From contig JAMPCO010000003.1 in assembly GCA_023666145.1 (NCBI GenBank), positions 3,027-67,026 on the forward strand: a stretch of DNA of 64,000 nt, written 5' to 3'. Of the stretch, positions 19,501 through 28,530 are shown in pieces; positions within the stretch are counted from its first letter, which is position 1; each line of letters opens with the position of its first letter. This stretch comes from Prevotella sp. Lineage in GTDB: Bacteria > Bacillota > Clostridia > Christensenellales > UBA1242. Made by a program: the position numbers and the translations under genes. The notes under the pieces were generated by a model, which saw nothing but the letters and a program-made list of their open reading frames with translations, was not told the DNA's origin and did no database searches.

Positions 19501-20979
19501 AACAAATTTGTCCCGAACAAAACGGGAACTTACATTTTCCAATATACTTTTACGAAAGACAATGTCTTGAAAACCACCAATTATGTGGTGCAGGTTAACG
19601 ACAGCAGCAGTGGTGTTGCCAGCATCCGTATGGGCGAAGAATACGACGACAAAACTGTTTTGCCCAATGCCGATGCACCAACAGACGCTGATAGTGGAAA
19701 AACTACTAACAAGGTTGGTGACTTCACCTACGTTGTCGAAACTCGTACCGCAGACAATCCAGCGTACGCGATTATCTTACCAGAATTTATCGCGTCGAAC
19801 TATGGTGCCGCAACTGATTTCGTGGTCGACAGTGCGTACCTGTATGATTATTTGGAACCGATATACGAAGAAAAAGAAGGCAAAATGGAAATTACGGGTT
19901 ATCTGTATCCCGCGATTGCGATCCCGATGCCGAACGTCATTGCCGATACCACCAGTTCCGACGAAGTAGAAATCACCGTGCAAAAGAGCGGCAGCAGTAA
20001 CTACTTGGTTTCCAGCAAAAAATTGAATGCCGGTGGCAGCAGTAACAAAGCCAGTGTGATTACCCAAATTGATGGTTACTATGTTTTCCGCCCCGATGGT
20101 AAATTCTCCAAAGATTGCAAGGATACAGAAAAGTACAATCCCCAAACTTATCAACTTGCCGCGGTCAGTACCAGCGGTGCAACGGGCGTTTACACCGTGT
20201 CTTACAAAACCAATAGTACCAGCGTGAACTTCAACGTGACCATTGGTAACTTGGAAAATGGGGAATTGGCTTTCAATGAAGGCTTCTTAACCTACAACAA
20301 TGACGACGGCAAAGGGGCGCAAGCAATTACCGATACGGGCGACACCAACAACGTGGTGATTGAAAAAGTCGACGGTCATCGTTATGTTACCATTGATTTG
20401 TCCAAACTTTATTTTACGGGCAACAGTGATATGCAAGACTTGATCAATGAGGGACCGAATCCCGCTAACGACAACGATGGTTGCCACCCCGACCATTTGG
20501 ATACGGAATACCTTTATAAAAATGTGAGTGTTACGGTCAGTTACGAAGGTAGTTCGTTTATCAGTACCAGCGATTGGTCAGATGCGGATGATGAAACCAA
20601 AGCGCTTAAAATTTATGGTGACCAAGGTGACGGTTACAAATATCAATACAAATTTGATTTAACTGGTGGCAGCGGTACCTACAAAGTCAACGTTTCCATG
20701 GTTAACAAATACACTGGTAATACGATTTCGAATTCGATTGAATTTACGATTGATGTGGATGCAACCAACAAAAACACCAACCTGAACACGGTTTGGGGTA
20801 TTATCCTGGTGGTGTTGTCACTTGGTCTGTTGGCGGGTATGGTCTTCTACTTCGTGAAAACTGCACGGGCAACCCGTTTCGTTGATGCGCCCAGCGCCGT
20901 CAAGGATAAAAACAAAGTTAAGAAGGACAAACCTGTCGCCCCAAAAGCGGTGGAGGCACCCCAAGAAGATGTTAAATAA
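16582..20979 (+). CDS. Large (1466 aa) secreted, C-terminally membrane-anchored surface protein built of Ig/PKD-like beta-sandwich modules
   Basis: The ATG at 16582 gives the signal peptide MDKLKRSLKRLIAPAIVLLLVAIMGVFSPAVSVAAA. The G-x-Y-x-hydrophobic strand motif recurs (GQYEWRFY, GWYRFQFQ, GLYRVRIV, GTYILVIT, GTYIFQYT, GVYTVSYK, GTYKVNVS). The C-terminus has a TM helix (VWGIILVVLSLGLLAGMVFYFV) and a Lys-rich tail. No LPXTG, SLH or choline-binding motifs were seen. Confidence 0.85.
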   Translation: MDKLKRSLKRLIAPAIVLLLVAIMGVFSPAVSVAAALRVNPMSVTDTNPFTITNLPARTVELGTDAATVTVPTINNNGVVVLSHAGKNISTFPDNKYTYQEIGQYEWRFYTDDTKKVLFDTYTVTVTDTTYGMTMPDNVVTVAPKDLDQLTLPLPSTYRVAEKTVEVTEIVEDESGKYAVVTLQDDDNQKVDYILRANITLENENLNDKITAFDQDGMVIDLSDNKNTGVLKVTYQLLNATSQKLLVAVPLSDIEIKNITKSQVTFANIPTAPSVKSLAYYSSISLTAPTADSAKVGSTSFNVEAQTTICQVQCYLYSDEPSDWTAKNSKIHNLTVEKEDGAWVVKENGTAVDYLEIDDLTVKIKALGWYRFQFQTSTLFGYQLDDDFDTDDVNIEQDPNNSYVRYWSDSIRIYRDAVEPSFAWVANYNEDDSATIENYNKNFSTLQEYDVYLPMTEKPDATTSQKITINYDGLVLPAIFPHDNATPFEKMKVTAFNIEQIQNVDGESITSNDNYVYSGSENDSKTFVYDMTDPLQIQFVIDGATRAQGNNVVQLYQREGLYRVRIVVEEEQPTFEDGTRYSGGYANTKTKYLYFYVDSDYKCGTDGENSPVIDTNNVFQVSDVYLWEGHTFDFRIPTVTDAHTPADDIQIDYYLVNADDQSKTYKLDYNVNASHVTVDLDDLDGFDTKDLLTDVDYYIYAVARNFNGMQAKLKVEANPVIKDENVADNKYFEEALFSKLDTDEIAQYGYAWKRAAFTIYATKDSSKADADFTVTPNNDNSYKAGEKVVFDSIKVAWSDNTVVDGQMTVAVYLMKDNGTRVPVNMVNSSNSSAEIVSAVAFNASSYEATDWSFTPGVGGTYILVITAKEHASSQIQTCVKTIEVASSGDWNITPLSVSPAAATNYTIDATISLGESAVLPNYVVSKDEQGGTKYFAKNRRLYPYDDNGNVTDGPEGYYTITVMGVNDPNCIIGNKFVPNKTGTYIFQYTFTKDNVLKTTNYVVQVNDSSSGVASIRMGEEYDDKTVLPNADAPTDADSGKTTNKVGDFTYVVETRTADNPAYAIILPEFIASNYGAATDFVVDSAYLYDYLEPIYEEKEGKMEITGYLYPAIAIPMPNVIADTTSSDEVEITVQKSGSSNYLVSSKKLNAGGSSNKASVITQIDGYYVFRPDGKFSKDCKDTEKYNPQTYQLAAVSTSGATGVYTVSYKTNSTSVNFNVTIGNLENGELAFNEGFLTYNNDDGKGAQAITDTGDTNNVVIEKVDGHRYVTIDLSKLYFTGNSDMQDLINEGPNPANDNDGCHPDHLDTEYLYKNVSVTVSYEGSSFISTSDWSDADDETKALKIYGDQGDGYKYQYKFDLTGGSGTYKVNVSMVNKYTGNTISNSIEFTIDVDATNKNTNLNTVWGIILVVLSLGLLAGMVFYFVKTARATRFVDAPSAVKDKNKVKKDKPVAPKAVEAPQEDVK

Positions 20980-21343
20980 GACCGAAGCCCATGTCATGGC
21001 TTACATTTTTGAAAAGTGTAAGGGCGAAAACAAAGGCATCTTTACCCCCAAAGAATTGTTGACGGCGTTGATGCCGCACTACGAAATTACCGCTAAACAA
21101 TTAGACGTCGTCATCAGCAATTTGGCTTTGGATGATTACATCGAATGCGAAAAGAAAGACAAGGACGGCAAAGTTTATTTTTTAGTTTCGTTGACCATGC
21201 GGGGGGCGGCTTTTGACCGCGAACGACAGTCGCAAAAACGCCAAATGTTCCGTTCCGTGATGTGGAAATTGGCTTTGACGGTGGGTGGTGCAATTTTGGC
21301 GTTTATTTTGGGTCTGTTATTAAACCGTGTTTTTGGAAAATAA
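20969..21343 (+). CDS. Small winged-helix (BlaI/CopY-like) protein with C-terminal transmembrane anchor
   Basis: The ATG at 20969 overlaps the last 11 nt of the surface-protein gene. MLNKTEAHVMAYIFEKCKG..ITAKQLDVVISNLALDDYIECEKKDKDGKVYFLVSLT resembles a wHTH. The C-terminal WKLALTVGGAILAFILGLLL is a TM helix. An alternative start lies at 20996. Confidence 0.65.
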   Translation: MLNKTEAHVMAYIFEKCKGENKGIFTPKELLTALMPHYEITAKQLDVVISNLALDDYIECEKKDKDGKVYFLVSLTMRGAAFDRERQSQKRQMFRSVMWKLALTVGGAILAFILGLLLNRVFGK

Positions 21344-21349
21344 TCAAGT

Positions 21350-23320
21350 ATGGATTTCAAATTAGTGGCTCAGTACCAACCGACGGGTGACCAACCGCAA
21401 GCGATTGCGGCGTTAACCCAAGGTATCAAGGATGGTTTGCGCCACCAAGTTTTGTTGGGTGTGACGGGCAGTGGTAAGACTTTTACCATGGCGAACGTGA
21501 TTAAAAATGTGAACAAGCCTACCTTGGTGATTGCGCACAACAAAACTTTGGCGGCACAATTGTGTAACGAGTTTCGGGAATTTTTTCCCCAAAATCGCGT
21601 GGAATATTTTGTCAGTTATTACGATTATTACCAACCCGAAGCCTATTTGCCCGCGACCGATACTTACATTGAAAAGGACATGGCAATCAACGACGAAATC
21701 GATAAACTGCGCCACGCGGCAACCACGTCATTGTGCGAACGCAACGATACGATTGTTGTGGCTTCGGTATCCTGTATTTATGGCTTGGGTGAACCGCAAG
21801 AATATTTCAAAATGGGCATTTCGTTGCGCCCGGGCATGACGCTGAACCGCCGCGATTTGGTCACGCGTTTGGTCAACAATCAATACAAACGCGCCGATGT
21901 TGATTTTGTGCGGGGTAGTTTCCGCGCGCATGGCGATGTGGTGGATGTGATTCCGTCTTATGCTTCCAATGTGGCGGTGCGGATTCAATTTTGGGGTGAC
22001 GAAATCGATGGCATTTTCGAAATTGACGCTTTGACGGGACAAAAAATTTCTTCTTTGTCACATATCGCGATTTTCCCTGCTTCGCATTTTGCGGTGGGTT
22101 CGGAACGTTTACACGAAGCAATTGAAAAAATCCGTGCCGATTTAGCCATCCAAAAAAAGTTTTTTGATGATAACAACATGGTGGTGGAAAGTCATCGCAT
22201 TATCCAACGCACCAATTACGATTTGGAAATGTTGGCGGAATTGGGTTTTGTGAAAGGCATCGAAAATTACTCGCGTTACTTTGACGGGCGTCAACCAGGC
22301 GAACCGCCGTACACCTTGATGTCGTATTTTCCTGATGATTATTTGGTGTTTATTGACGAATCGCACATTACTGTCCCGCAAATTCGGGGGATGTTCAATG
22401 GCGATCGTGCCCGTAAAAAAGTGTTGGTCGATTTTGGTTTCCGTTTGCCGTCGGCCTACGATAACCGTCCCTTGAATTTTCAAGAATTTAACCAACGGTT
22501 GGGGCAGTGCATCTACGTATCGGCGACGCCTGAGCATTATGAATTGGATTTGGCGGGTGACCATGTGGTGGAGCAAATTATTCGCCCCACTGGATTGTTG
22601 GATCCAGTGGTGATTGTCCGTCCCAAAGACCACCAAGTCAGTGATGTTTTGCACGAAATCCGCACGGTGGCGGCGGGTAAAGGCAAAATTTTGGTCACGA
22701 CCTTAACCAAAAAAATGGCGGAAGATTTAACCGCATTCTTAACCGAAAATCAAGTGCGAGTGCGTTATTTACACAGCGAAATTGATACATTGGAACGTAC
22801 CGAGATTTTGACCGCGTTCCGTCAAGACCAATTTGATGTAATTGTGGGTATCAATTTGTTGCGAGAAGGTTTGGATTTGCCCGAAGTCGCATTGGTGGCA
22901 ATTTTGGATGCGGACAAGGAAGGTTTGTTTCGTTCTACGCGCGCTTTGATTCAAACAATTGGGCGGGCGGCGCGCAATGCACAAGCCCGGGTTATTTTGT
23001 ATGCCAACGCGGTCACCCCCAGTATGCAAGCCGCAATGGACGAAACGGCACGGCGCCGTCAAATTCAAATGGACTATAATACCAAGCACAACATCACGCC
23101 GCGCACGGTGTATAGTTCGATTAAAAATTCGCTTTACATTACCAAAAAAGCCAAGGGTGATACTACCGCAGAAAATTTGTCGGTGGAACAATTGACCGCG
23201 TTGATGAATACCGCCAGCCAGAACCTTAACTTTGAATTGGCGATTCAATACCGCGAACGGATTAACGCTTTACAAGCCAAAAAAGTGGGGCGCAAAGCAC
23301 CCAAAACCAAACCGAAATAA
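21350..23320 (+). CDS. uvrB: Excinuclease ABC subunit B
   Basis: 656 aa. Motifs: YQPTGDQPQAI, Walker A GVTGSGKT, YYDYYQPEAY, the helicase motifs, and the C-terminal UVR domain (ELAIQYRERINAL). Confidence 0.97.
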   Translation: MDFKLVAQYQPTGDQPQAIAALTQGIKDGLRHQVLLGVTGSGKTFTMANVIKNVNKPTLVIAHNKTLAAQLCNEFREFFPQNRVEYFVSYYDYYQPEAYLPATDTYIEKDMAINDEIDKLRHAATTSLCERNDTIVVASVSCIYGLGEPQEYFKMGISLRPGMTLNRRDLVTRLVNNQYKRADVDFVRGSFRAHGDVVDVIPSYASNVAVRIQFWGDEIDGIFEIDALTGQKISSLSHIAIFPASHFAVGSERLHEAIEKIRADLAIQKKFFDDNNMVVESHRIIQRTNYDLEMLAELGFVKGIENYSRYFDGRQPGEPPYTLMSYFPDDYLVFIDESHITVPQIRGMFNGDRARKKVLVDFGFRLPSAYDNRPLNFQEFNQRLGQCIYVSATPEHYELDLAGDHVVEQIIRPTGLLDPVVIVRPKDHQVSDVLHEIRTVAAGKGKILVTTLTKKMAEDLTAFLTENQVRVRYLHSEIDTLERTEILTAFRQDQFDVIVGINLLREGLDLPEVALVAILDADKEGLFRSTRALIQTIGRAARNAQARVILYANAVTPSMQAAMDETARRRQIQMDYNTKHNITPRTVYSSIKNSLYITKKAKGDTTAENLSVEQLTALMNTASQNLNFELAIQYRERINALQAKKVGRKAPKTKPK

Positions 23321-23330
23321 AAAAAAAGAC

Positions 23331-23359
23331 TGGACATTTCGCGGCAAAAAAATTATATT
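23331..23359 (+). promoter_or_regulatory. sigmaA-type promoter of the nfeD-SPFH pair (leaderless-type)
   Basis: TGGACA (23331-23336), 17 nt spacer, TATATT (23354-23359), 8 nt, then ATG (23368). No Shine-Dalgarno. Confidence 0.5.
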
Positions 23360-23367
23360 ATAGTAAT

Positions 23368-23811
23368 ATGACAACAACAATGATTGTAGTTTGGGCAGTG
23401 ATTATGGCGTTCACCTTGTTATTAGAGTTTTTCACCGTGGACTTCTTTGCTTGCTGCTTTTCGGTCGGTGCTTTGGTCGCTTTGATTTTGGCGGCTTGCG
23501 GCGTGAACATTTATTGGCAAGTGGGTGTGTTCTTTGTGTTGACCATTGTGGCAATTGGGGCGACACGTCCGTTGGTTAAACGTTTCATGAAAAAACCGAC
23601 GGTGCCGACCAACGTCGACCAAAACTTCGGTAAAACCGCACGTCTGTTGGCGGACGTCGTGGACGGTCATTCTTCGATTAAAATTAACGATGTCGTGTGG
23701 CAAGTGGCATGCGATACTAATTTGAAACAAAATGATTTGGTCACCATTGAAAGTGTGGAAGGTAACAAAATGGTCGTGAAAGCGGCCGAGAAGGAGGAAA
23801 GTAAAAAATGA
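23368..23811 (+). CDS. NfeD-family membrane protein
   Basis: 147 aa with N-terminal TM helices and a C-terminal OB-like soluble domain (GKTARLLADVVDGHSSIKINDVVWQVACD). ATGA overlap with the SPFH gene, which is the classic NfeD-SPFH pairing. Confidence 0.85.
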   Translation: MTTTMIVVWAVIMAFTLLLEFFTVDFFACCFSVGALVALILAACGVNIYWQVGVFFVLTIVAIGATRPLVKRFMKKPTVPTNVDQNFGKTARLLADVVDGHSSIKINDVVWQVACDTNLKQNDLVTIESVEGNKMVVKAAEKEESKK

Positions 23812-24719
23812 CACCTTGGTTAATTGCGATTATTGTTATCGGTGTGGCGTTGGTTGTAATTTTTGCACTGTCGGTGCGCATTGTTAAGCAAGGAACGGCG
23901 GTCATCGTCGAACGTTTGGGTAAGTACCACAAAACTTTGGGTACGGGCTTGAAGTTCATTGTGCCGTTCATTGACCGTGCTTTGCCGATGATCAGTTTGA
24001 AAGAACAAGTGGCCGATTTCAAACCACAGCCAGTGATTACCAAAGATAACGTTACCATGCAAATTGACAGTGTGGTGTTTTTTCAAATCGTCGACCCGAA
24101 ATTGTACACTTACGGGATTGAACGTCCGATGCAAGCGATTGAAAATTTAACCGCCACTACTTTACGTAATATTGTCGGCGAATTAGAATTGGACGAAACG
24201 TTAAGCAGTCGTGATACCGTGAACACCAAAATGCGCGAAATCATTGACACGGCGACCGACCCATGGGGCATTAAAGTTAACCGTGTGGAATTGAAAAACA
24301 TTTTACCACCCGCCGCGATTCAAGAAAGCATGGAAAAGCAAATGCGTGCCGAACGTGAACGTCGGGAAAACATTTTGCTGGCGGAAGGTGAAAAGCGCAG
24401 TAAAATTTTGGTTGCCGAAGGTGAAAAAGAAGCGGAAATTTTGAAAGCCGAAGCGCGTAAGATTGCGTTATTAACCGAAGCCGAAGGTCAACAACAAGCG
24501 ATTGAAAAAATTGTGGCGGCAAAACCCGACGCGGCTTATTTGACTTTGCAAGGTTATGAAGCCTTGAAAGCGTTGGCGGTGGGCGAAGCCACCAAAATCA
24601 TAGTCCCGAACGATTTAGCCAATGTAGCGACTTTGTTTTCCACGATTAAAGAAACGGTTGCAATGCCCGCAACGGACAAGGGCACAACCACCACCAAAGC
24701 CAAAAGTAAACAAAAATAA
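23808..24719 (+). CDS. SPFH/band-7 (stomatin/QmcA-like) protein
   Basis: N-terminal anchor, then VKQGTAVIVERLGKYHKTL..., the PHB domain, and an EA-rich coiled coil. Confidence 0.92.
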   Translation: MTPWLIAIIVIGVALVVIFALSVRIVKQGTAVIVERLGKYHKTLGTGLKFIVPFIDRALPMISLKEQVADFKPQPVITKDNVTMQIDSVVFFQIVDPKLYTYGIERPMQAIENLTATTLRNIVGELELDETLSSRDTVNTKMREIIDTATDPWGIKVNRVELKNILPPAAIQESMEKQMRAERERRENILLAEGEKRSKILVAEGEKEAEILKAEARKIALLTEAEGQQQAIEKIVAAKPDAAYLTLQGYEALKALAVGEATKIIVPNDLANVATLFSTIKETVAMPATDKGTTTTKAKSKQK

Positions 24720-24746
24720 GCCGTGGTTGTGACCTGGAAATGAGAC

Positions 24747-24779
24747 AAGACTTGCCCATGCGTGGCAAGTCTTTTTTTA
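24747..24779 (+). terminator. Rho-independent terminator after the SPFH gene
   Basis: A 10-bp perfect stem, aagacttgcc (24747-24756) with ggcaagtctt (24764-24773), a 7-nt loop, then a T-run. Confidence 0.8.
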
Positions 24780-24790
24780 GAAAATGGCGA

Positions 24791-24819
24791 TTGACAAAAT
24801 TGCTAAATGTGTTCATAAT
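24791..24819 (+). promoter_or_regulatory. sigmaA-type promoter of the RND transporter gene (leaderless or 1-2 nt leader)
   Basis: TTGACA (24791-24796), 17 nt spacer, CATAAT (24814-24819), 8 nt, then ATG (24828). No Shine-Dalgarno. Confidence 0.6.
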
Positions 24820-24827
24820 AAGTATTT

Positions 24828-27800
24828 ATGGCAACGAATCAAGAACAACTGGATCAAAATATTAAAGAAAATTGGTTTGCAAAAATCGGCGTACAAAAAC
24901 CATATACCGTGTTTGTTTGCATTATGGCGATCATCATTTTGGGTGTTTTTGCTTTTTCCAAAATGTCGGTGGATTTGTTTCCGTCGATGAACTTACCTTA
25001 CGCGGTGGTGGTGTTAAGCCCCAACGAAACCTACTTAATGGAACGTTTGAACGAGACCATGGTGCAATCCGCAATGGAAAAAGCGGCAACATATTATGAA
25101 GCCAATCCCGACGCTGATATCAATCAAGATGCCGCGGCTTTGCGCACAATTTTGCAAGGCGACTCGGCGTCTTTGATGACTAACTTAATGGCAGCCATTA
25201 AGGACAACAACATGGTTGCGTCTGCTTATAGTAGCCTACTCCAAGATGAAAGCAGTTATCAAGACCTTTTGGAATCCGTGATGCCCGATGATACGAAAAT
25301 GGAAACTTTAACCGATACGGCGTTGCAAGCCTTGTCGAGTGTGAACGGGATCCAAAACACCAGCAGCACAACCATGTTGTCGGTTGGTTTAGTGATGATT
25401 ACGCTGGAATACAACAGCGACGCGACGGTCGATTTGACCGAATTGGCTTTGGCGTTTGAAAACATCGCGTTGGACGATGCCACCACCTATGGTACCAAGT
25501 ACAATAAAACTATTTTGAAAATTGACCCGTCTTTGTTGGCGGTCATGTATGTCACGGTTTCTTACCAAGGCACGAATGACGCCCAAACCCAAACTTGGTT
25601 AGAAAATAATGTGCTGAACAAAGTTGCGACGACGGTGGGTGTTGGTACGGTCTCATCCAATATTGAATCCAGTGTGACCAACCAAAACGAGGCTTGGGAA
25701 GGTTCTGGTGACGAATTAGTTAAAACTTACAGCATTTCGATTCAAAAGAGCAGTAACGCGGTTACCGCCGAAGTTTGCGCGAATGTGTTGGTAACTTTGG
25801 ACAAAATTAAAGCGGAAAACCCTGGTTTCTCTTACGACGTGACCAGCAGTCAAGGCGAATACATTAACCAAACAATTGGTTCGGTCGGTGAAAATTTGAT
25901 TGTCGGTGGTTTGTTGGCTTTGTTGATTTTGTTCTTGTTCTTGCGCTCGGTCAAAATGACTTTGGCGATTGGTATTTCGATTCCGTTGGCTTTGGTCGGC
26001 ACCTTTGTGGCCATGTATTTCATGGGCATCAATTTGAACATTATTTCCATGTCGGGCTTAGCCTTAGCGGTGGGGATGTTGGTGGATAACTCGGTGGTGG
26101 TTTTGGAAAACATTTACCGTCTGCGCAGTAAGGGGTTCCCGCTGAAAGAGGCGTGCAGTAAGGGGGCTTCCCAAATTATGTTGGCGATGTTGGCATCGTC
26201 TTTGACGACTATTTGCGTGTTCTTCCCCATGTTCTTTTTGGAAGGCTTGATGATGCAAATCTTTACCGATTTGATTTGGGTCGTGATTTTGTCGTTACTG
26301 TGTTCGTTCGTCGTGGCGGTCATGTTCTTGCCGTCGATTGTGGCGACCTTCAAAATTAACCCGAAACCCGAGAAAAAAATTGCCGTGGTTGCTGATGCTG
26401 AACAAAAACCAACATTCTGGCAAAAAGTGCGCACTGGTTGGGGTAAATTTACCGCGGGTGCGAACCAAGTTTTTGACAAAGTGTTACGTTTCGCGATTGA
26501 TAAAAAATTGTTAACTGTGGCATTGGCGTTGGTCTTGTTCGTGGGGTCGGTCTTATTGGTATTTGTGAACGGTTTCATTTTGATGCCGTCCACCGATGAA
26601 GGTACGTTAACGGTGTCGGCGGTCTTGAACGCGCATGGACAAACGGTTGACAACAAACAAGAAGAATTAGCGCAACCGTTGTACGAAGAAGTGATGAATA
26701 TTTTGGGTAGCGACGTCGAAAAGTGCGTGGTAGAATACGACGCGGGTTCCAGCATCTTATCCAGTGGGGCACAAGTGTCATTGGAAATCAAATTAAAAGA
26801 CAACCGTAGTCTGACCACCGACCAAGCGAGTGAAAAGGTTTACAAGGCCTTACAAAATTACCACAATGAAAACTTCGATGACATTGAAGTTTCCGCTTCT
26901 TCTTTAACCAGCAGTATGATGTCGAGTGATGTTTCGGTTACCTTGGCGGTCGACGCCAGTGCCACCGCCGATGCATCGGCATACAAAGTTGCGTGTGGCG
27001 TTTTGGACGATTTTAATGCGGCGTTAGAAGCCAAATTCGCGGACAAAATGGACGACTTAGGTATCCGCGCGGTGGTTTATGACCAAAACCAAGGCATTAA
27101 AATTGTCAAGAGTAATGGTAAGTACGCGGCAACGGTGACCATTAAGGCGAACCCCAGTGCGGATACGAACCAAATTCAATCCAAATTAAACCAATATCTG
27201 GACGAATTGATGGACAGTGACCAATTCAAAGACCAAGCCATTACCATCTTGGATAACGGTTTGGAAGGCGAAATGGAAAGTACTTACACCTCTATGGGGA
27301 TTGCGTTGCTGGTTGGTTTCTTGTTGATTTATCTGGTCATGGTGGCAATTTTCCAATCGTTCTTAATGCCGTTTATCATTTTGATTTGTGTGCCGCTGGG
27401 CTTCACGGGGGCGTTCTTGCTGTTGGCGATGTGCGGTATGCCGTTATCAATTCCTGCTTTAATCGGTTTCTTAATCTTGATGGGAGTGGTCATCAACAAT
27501 GGTATTTTGGCGGTCGATTACACCAACCAAGCCCGTCGCGACGGCTTGTCGGTCAAAGAAGCGTTAGTGTCGGCGATGCATACCCGTATACGTCCGATCT
27601 TCATGACCGCGCTAACGACAGTGTTGGCCATGGTGCCCATGGCTTTCGGTTGGTCACTTTTCAATCAAGGTGGTAGCAGCGCGATTATGCAACCGTTAGC
27701 GGTCGTTTCGATTGGCGGATTGTTGTTTGGTACCGTAACGACGTTGATTGTGGTGCCCGCGTTTTATTCCATTTTCTGCCGCGATAAAAAAACTCAAATT

Positions 27801-27950
27801 GCACCGGTTACACCCACTACATCGGCGGAAGCGCCTGTTGTGACAACGGAAGCACCTGCTGAACCAGTTGAAACCGTGGCACAGCCTGTCAAAGCACCAC
27901 ACCCCGTGAAAGCAACAAAATCCGTAAAAACAGCACGACCAGTAAAATAA
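24828..27950 (+). CDS. RND-superfamily efflux transporter (AcrB/SwrC-like), no adjacent MFP gene
   Basis: 1040 aa with 12-TM RND architecture and two large extracytoplasmic loops (N-terminus WFAKIGVQKPYTVFVCIMAIIILGVFAF; LAVGMLVDNSVVVLENI). It ends in a Pro/Val/Lys-rich tail (PVKAPHPVKATKSVKTARPVK). Confidence 0.9.
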   Translation: MATNQEQLDQNIKENWFAKIGVQKPYTVFVCIMAIIILGVFAFSKMSVDLFPSMNLPYAVVVLSPNETYLMERLNETMVQSAMEKAATYYEANPDADINQDAAALRTILQGDSASLMTNLMAAIKDNNMVASAYSSLLQDESSYQDLLESVMPDDTKMETLTDTALQALSSVNGIQNTSSTTMLSVGLVMITLEYNSDATVDLTELALAFENIALDDATTYGTKYNKTILKIDPSLLAVMYVTVSYQGTNDAQTQTWLENNVLNKVATTVGVGTVSSNIESSVTNQNEAWEGSGDELVKTYSISIQKSSNAVTAEVCANVLVTLDKIKAENPGFSYDVTSSQGEYINQTIGSVGENLIVGGLLALLILFLFLRSVKMTLAIGISIPLALVGTFVAMYFMGINLNIISMSGLALAVGMLVDNSVVVLENIYRLRSKGFPLKEACSKGASQIMLAMLASSLTTICVFFPMFFLEGLMMQIFTDLIWVVILSLLCSFVVAVMFLPSIVATFKINPKPEKKIAVVADAEQKPTFWQKVRTGWGKFTAGANQVFDKVLRFAIDKKLLTVALALVLFVGSVLLVFVNGFILMPSTDEGTLTVSAVLNAHGQTVDNKQEELAQPLYEEVMNILGSDVEKCVVEYDAGSSILSSGAQVSLEIKLKDNRSLTTDQASEKVYKALQNYHNENFDDIEVSASSLTSSMMSSDVSVTLAVDASATADASAYKVACGVLDDFNAALEAKFADKMDDLGIRAVVYDQNQGIKIVKSNGKYAATVTIKANPSADTNQIQSKLNQYLDELMDSDQFKDQAITILDNGLEGEMESTYTSMGIALLVGFLLIYLVMVAIFQSFLMPFIILICVPLGFTGAFLLLAMCGMPLSIPALIGFLILMGVVINNGILAVDYTNQARRDGLSVKEALVSAMHTRIRPIFMTALTTVLAMVPMAFGWSLFNQGGSSAIMQPLAVVSIGGLLFGTVTTLIVVPAFYSIFCRDKKTQIAPVTPTTSAEAPVVTTEAPAEPVETVAQPVKAPHPVKATKSVKTARPVK

Positions 27951-27951
27951 G

Positions 27952-27980
27952 TTGTCAAAAATCCCGTTTCACGCTATGGT
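27952..27980 (+). promoter_or_regulatory. sigmaA-type promoter (leaderless-type) for the 163-aa membrane protein gene
   Basis: TTGTCA (27952-27957), 17 nt spacer, TATGGT (27975-27980), 8 nt, then ATG (27989). Confidence 0.5.
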
Positions 27981-27988
27981 ATAAATAT

Positions 27989-28480
27989 ATGGATTGGTTA
28001 TGGCTGTTTTTAAGTGTTGTCGGTTTAGGACTGTTGTGGCTATTGATTATGGGGGTAGAAAAATTAACGGAGCGTTTGAAAGCCCACGATGAAGCCCGTC
28101 AACGTGCCGCCCAACGTATCGCCGAACGTACCGCCGTCGCCGAAGCCGATTTATTAGCAAAACAATATGCCAAAGCCAGTGCCCAAGATTACATTGCCAA
28201 TGCCGATGCTGACGACCCCGCCAATGCGGAAAAGTTAGCGGAAGCCATTAACACTTTGTCTGCGGACGAACTGGTGGATTCGTTAACCATGCGTGCTTTC
28301 GGTGCCCCCGAAGGTACGGACGGAATTACCGCTAAACAGTCAGCCTTTGACCACCTGCACGCCCAAAAAGTGGTGGCAAGGGGTAACGGCGTCACTCCCG
28401 TTAAGGTTAAATCGTCGGGTAAATCGGCACTCAGTAAGTCCGAACAAAAAATGTTGAAAAAAATTAAGCAAGGGGATTGA
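27989..28480 (+). CDS. Hypothetical N-terminally anchored protein with Ala/Glu-rich helical region
   Basis: 163 aa. N-terminal TM helix WLWLFLSVVGLGLLWLLIMGV followed by helical AEA-rich sequence. No recognisable family. Confidence 0.6.
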   Translation: MDWLWLFLSVVGLGLLWLLIMGVEKLTERLKAHDEARQRAAQRIAERTAVAEADLLAKQYAKASAQDYIANADADDPANAEKLAEAINTLSADELVDSLTMRAFGAPEGTDGITAKQSAFDHLHAQKVVARGNGVTPVKVKSSGKSALSKSEQKMLKKIKQGD

Positions 28481-28530
28481 CTTTTTACCCCAATTTAGGG
28501 TATCATTATACTCGAAAGGGGAAAACGAAA

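Noticed and set aside
24784-24990. A 68-aa ORF upstream of and overlapping the RND gene start.
   Set aside because: It begins inside the promoter region, is in a different frame from the clearly homologous RND N-terminus, and has no Shine-Dalgarno.
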